DNA of 64,000 nucleotides from an uncultured Pelagibacteraceae bacterium. Its GTDB lineage: Bacteria; Pseudomonadota; Alphaproteobacteria; Pelagibacterales; Pelagibacteraceae. A program made the position numbers and the translations under genes. Numbering within the stretch: the stretch's first letter is position 1; the number at the start of each line of letters is the position of its first letter. The notes below the pieces were generated by a model. It was not told the origin of the DNA, searched no databases, and saw only the letters and a program-made list of their open reading frames with translations. Positions 62,082-64,000 of the stretch are shown piece by piece. Where the stretch lies: positions 45,266 through 109,265 of the forward strand of contig CACAYA010000001.1 in the NCBI GenBank assembly GCA_902536575.1. The letters are read 5' to 3'.

Positions 62082-62612
62082 TTATAATTCAAATTCTTTT
62101 AATTTATTTTGAAAGAGTTTTGCCCCTTTTTTACAATTTTCTATCCAGTCACTTGGTGCATTTTCATCTGCATTATCTGATACATACTTAAAACATCTAA
62201 ATTTAATATTTTCTAATTTACAAACCTTTGCTAAAGCGTATGCCTCCATATCAACAAAATCTACATTCATTTCAATTTTATTATTTACAAAACTATCTCC
62301 ACTGCCACAGGAAAAGCCTTCATCAGAATTAATTATTTCGTTGATTTTATCAAAAGGAGTTTCACCTAATTTAAAGTCAAGCAACCCTCTTACGTCCATA
62401 TCTCTTTGATAAAATTTTGTACATTCAACAATACCAGACATTCCTTGTTTAATGGCACCTGCACTTCCAAAATTTATTACTTGATTAGGTTTAAATTTAT
62501 TGATTAATTTTAATAAATTATACGTAGCATTAATTTTTCCAACACCAATATAATGAAAATAATCTAGACCTGGAGTTTCTTCTTTTAAAGCTGCAACAAA
62601 TAATTTATTCAT
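62082..62612 (-). CDS. MTA/SAH nucleosidase-like protein (PNP_UDP family)
   Basis: GVGKINA, NFGSAG, SGDSFV, VDMEAYA, KYVSDNAD. Confidence 0.85.
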   Translation of the reverse strand: MNKLFVAALKEETPGLDYFHYIGVGKINATYNLLKLINKFKPNQVINFGSAGAIKQGMSGIVECTKFYQRDMDVRGLLDFKLGETPFDKINEIINSDEGFSCGSGDSFVNNKIEMNVDFVDMEAYALAKVCKLENIKFRCFKYVSDNADENAPSDWIENCKKGAKLFQNKLKEFEL

Positions 62613-62617
62613 GACAA

Positions 62618-63145
62618 ATGAACTTGAAAAAATATATTAGATCAATACCAGATTATCCTAAAAAAGGAATTCTTTTTAGGGACATTACAACTTTGATTAA
62701 AGATGAAAATGCTTTTACTGAAACAATCAATCAAATTGTTAAGCGTTCCAAAAAATTAAATTTTACCAAAATAGCAGCAATAGAATCTAGAGGATTTGTT
62801 TTTGCTTCAGCAGTTTCATATTTGCTAAAAAAACCTTTAATTATGCTTAGGAAAAAAAATAAATTGCCAGCTGATGTTCATTCAATAGATTTTAAACTTG
62901 AATATGGTACAGCAACTATTGAGGTACATAAAGATTCTATAGGAGATAAAGACACTGTTTTAATTATAGATGATTTAATTGCAACTGGAGGAACAGCAGA
63001 AGCAGCAGCAAAACTTGTAGAAATTTCAAATGGAAAAGTTGCTGCTTTTATATTTGTTATTAATTTATTTGATCTCGGAGGGTCAGATAATTTAAAAAAA
63101 AATAATTACAAAGTTGAGAATTTAATTGATTTTCCAGGTCACTAA
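62618..63145 (+). CDS. apt: Adenine phosphoribosyltransferase
   Basis: PDYPKKGILFRDI, ESRGF, LEYG, IDDLIATGGT. Confidence 0.97.
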   Translation: MNLKKYIRSIPDYPKKGILFRDITTLIKDENAFTETINQIVKRSKKLNFTKIAAIESRGFVFASAVSYLLKKPLIMLRKKNKLPADVHSIDFKLEYGTATIEVHKDSIGDKDTVLIIDDLIATGGTAEAAAKLVEISNGKVAAFIFVINLFDLGGSDNLKKNNYKVENLIDFPGH

Positions 63146-63146
63146 T

Positions 63147-63223
63147 TGGTAGCGGGAAGTGGGATCGAACCACTGACCTCAGGCTTATGAGTCCTGCGCT
63201 CTAACCAACTGAGCTACCCCGCC
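63147..63223 (-). tRNA. tRNA-Met (CAT), probably elongator
   Basis: GGCGGGGTAGCTCAGTTGGTTAGAGCGCAGGACTCATAAGCCTGAGGTCAGTGGTTCGATCCCACTTCCCGCTACCA; cloverleaf, encoded CCA, no C1:A72 mismatch or GGG/CCC initiator stem. Confidence 0.93.
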
Positions 63224-63290
63224 ATAACTATTGAAGTCTTATAATATAAATCTTTATTGTTTCAATATACTTTTAAAGAATATTTATCGT

Positions 63291-63491
63291 CTAAATAATA
63301 AAAAAAGTCGTTATTGAACAGACTAAACCAATTAATAAAATTGAAATTAATATATTTTTTTGAAAATTTTTTTTTTTATCTAATCTAACCCTGTTGAGTA
63401 AAATATTTACATCAGTAGTTTTAATCTGTTTACCTAATTTATTTTCAGTTGTTAATCTATCTTTAGTAAAATTTGTATAATTTCGAGACAT
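63291..63491 (-). CDS. Small hypothetical protein with C-terminal TM helix
   Basis: 66-aa ORF filling the gap; hydrophobic C-terminus. Confidence 0.6.
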   Translation of the reverse strand: MSRNYTNFTKDRLTTENKLGKQIKTTDVNILLNRVRLDKKKNFQKNILISILLIGLVCSITTFFII

Positions 63492-63550
63492 TTATAAAAT
63501 TTAATTTAATCATCTAAGATTAAACAAAACAATTAAATATTTAAGTAATG

Positions 63551-64000
63551 TTAGATTTTTTTATAATTACTTTGTTTTAGTGGTTTTTCTATAAATTTCG
63601 CCTGATATTTTTGTTTCTCAACCTCTATAAAAATGTCACTGCTTAACAATTCATCAGTCGAATAGTTATTACTTATGTATCCAAAAGCTAAATTTTTTTT
63701 AAAATTAAAAGAGTAGTTGCCTGAAGTTGTCCTTCCGATAATTTGATCTTTAAAATATATTGGTTCATCATGAAGTAGCAATGGTGAGCCTGGTTTGTTA
63801 TCTTTAAGTGTGAGCATGACAAATTTTTTATCAATTTTTTTGCTTTTAATTTTTTGAAGGGCCTCTTTACCGATGAAATCAATTTCTTTTTTATTACTAA
63901 TAGTGAATGTTAAACTGGATTGAAATTGATTTTCTTCTGGAGAAATATCATGCCCCCAATGCAAAAAACCACTTTCCATTCTCATGGTATCTAAAGCATG
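63551..64000 (-). CDS. GcvT-family (sarcosine/dimethylglycine dehydrogenase-like) C-terminus, truncated by window edge
   Basis: Frame open to 64000; ALDTMRMESGFLHWGHDI, FIGKEAL, GRTTSGNY, LAFGY. Confidence 0.85.
   Translation of the reverse strand, partial: HALDTMRMESGFLHWGHDISPEENQFQSSLTFTISNKKEIDFIGKEALQKIKSKKIDKKFVMLTLKDNKPGSPLLLHDEPIYFKDQIIGRTTSGNYSFNFKKNLAFGYISNNYSTDELLSSDIFIEVEKQKYQAKFIEKPLKQSNYKKI

Noticed and set aside
63147-64000. tRNA as an integration site for a genomic island
   Set aside because: No integrase, and I did not notice a duplicated tRNA 3' end in the window; the flanking genes are housekeeping.
1-64000. CRISPR arrays, IS elements, prophage or defence genes, known riboswitches
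   Set aside because: No repeat-spacer periodicity, transposase, phage or cas motifs, or recognisable TPP, glycine or SAM riboswitch consensus seen by eye; an Rfam scan was not possible.

Overview
Very AT-rich, densely packed alphaproteobacterial chromosome segment whose gene content, tiny intergenic spaces and protein style fit Pelagibacterales (SAR11); the taxon is inferred, not verified. It holds about 60 CDSs and one tRNA-Met(CAT). Core genes include purBCSQL, rpsD, cysS, nadE, class II DAHP synthase, glmS, nrdAB, rpoZ, dusA, map and apt. Nutrient-scavenging modules include a sugar ABC transporter with a GH63 hydrolase, a TRAP transporter with malonyl-CoA decarboxylase and a CoA-transferase, a TTT transporter with a PrpF-family isomerase, a polar amino-acid ABC transporter with a PhyH dioxygenase, and aldB-DUF779. 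I saw no CRISPR array, transposase, integrase, prophage or rRNA. The most notable observations are: (1) a passenger-less inverse-autotransporter barrel coupled to a secreted Cys-containing acidic protein, a possible split type Ve secretion pair; (2) next to it, an orphan GC-rich hairpin/terminator whose loop matches the dctP ribosome-binding site, a candidate sRNA; (3) a 63-aa ORF with 34 Lys/Arg coupled to aldB, with a structured leader; (4) a stand-alone GlmU acetyltransferase half; (5) a SpeD-SpeE fusion clustered with MTA nucleosidase and apt; (6) signs of leaderless, bidirectional transcription.
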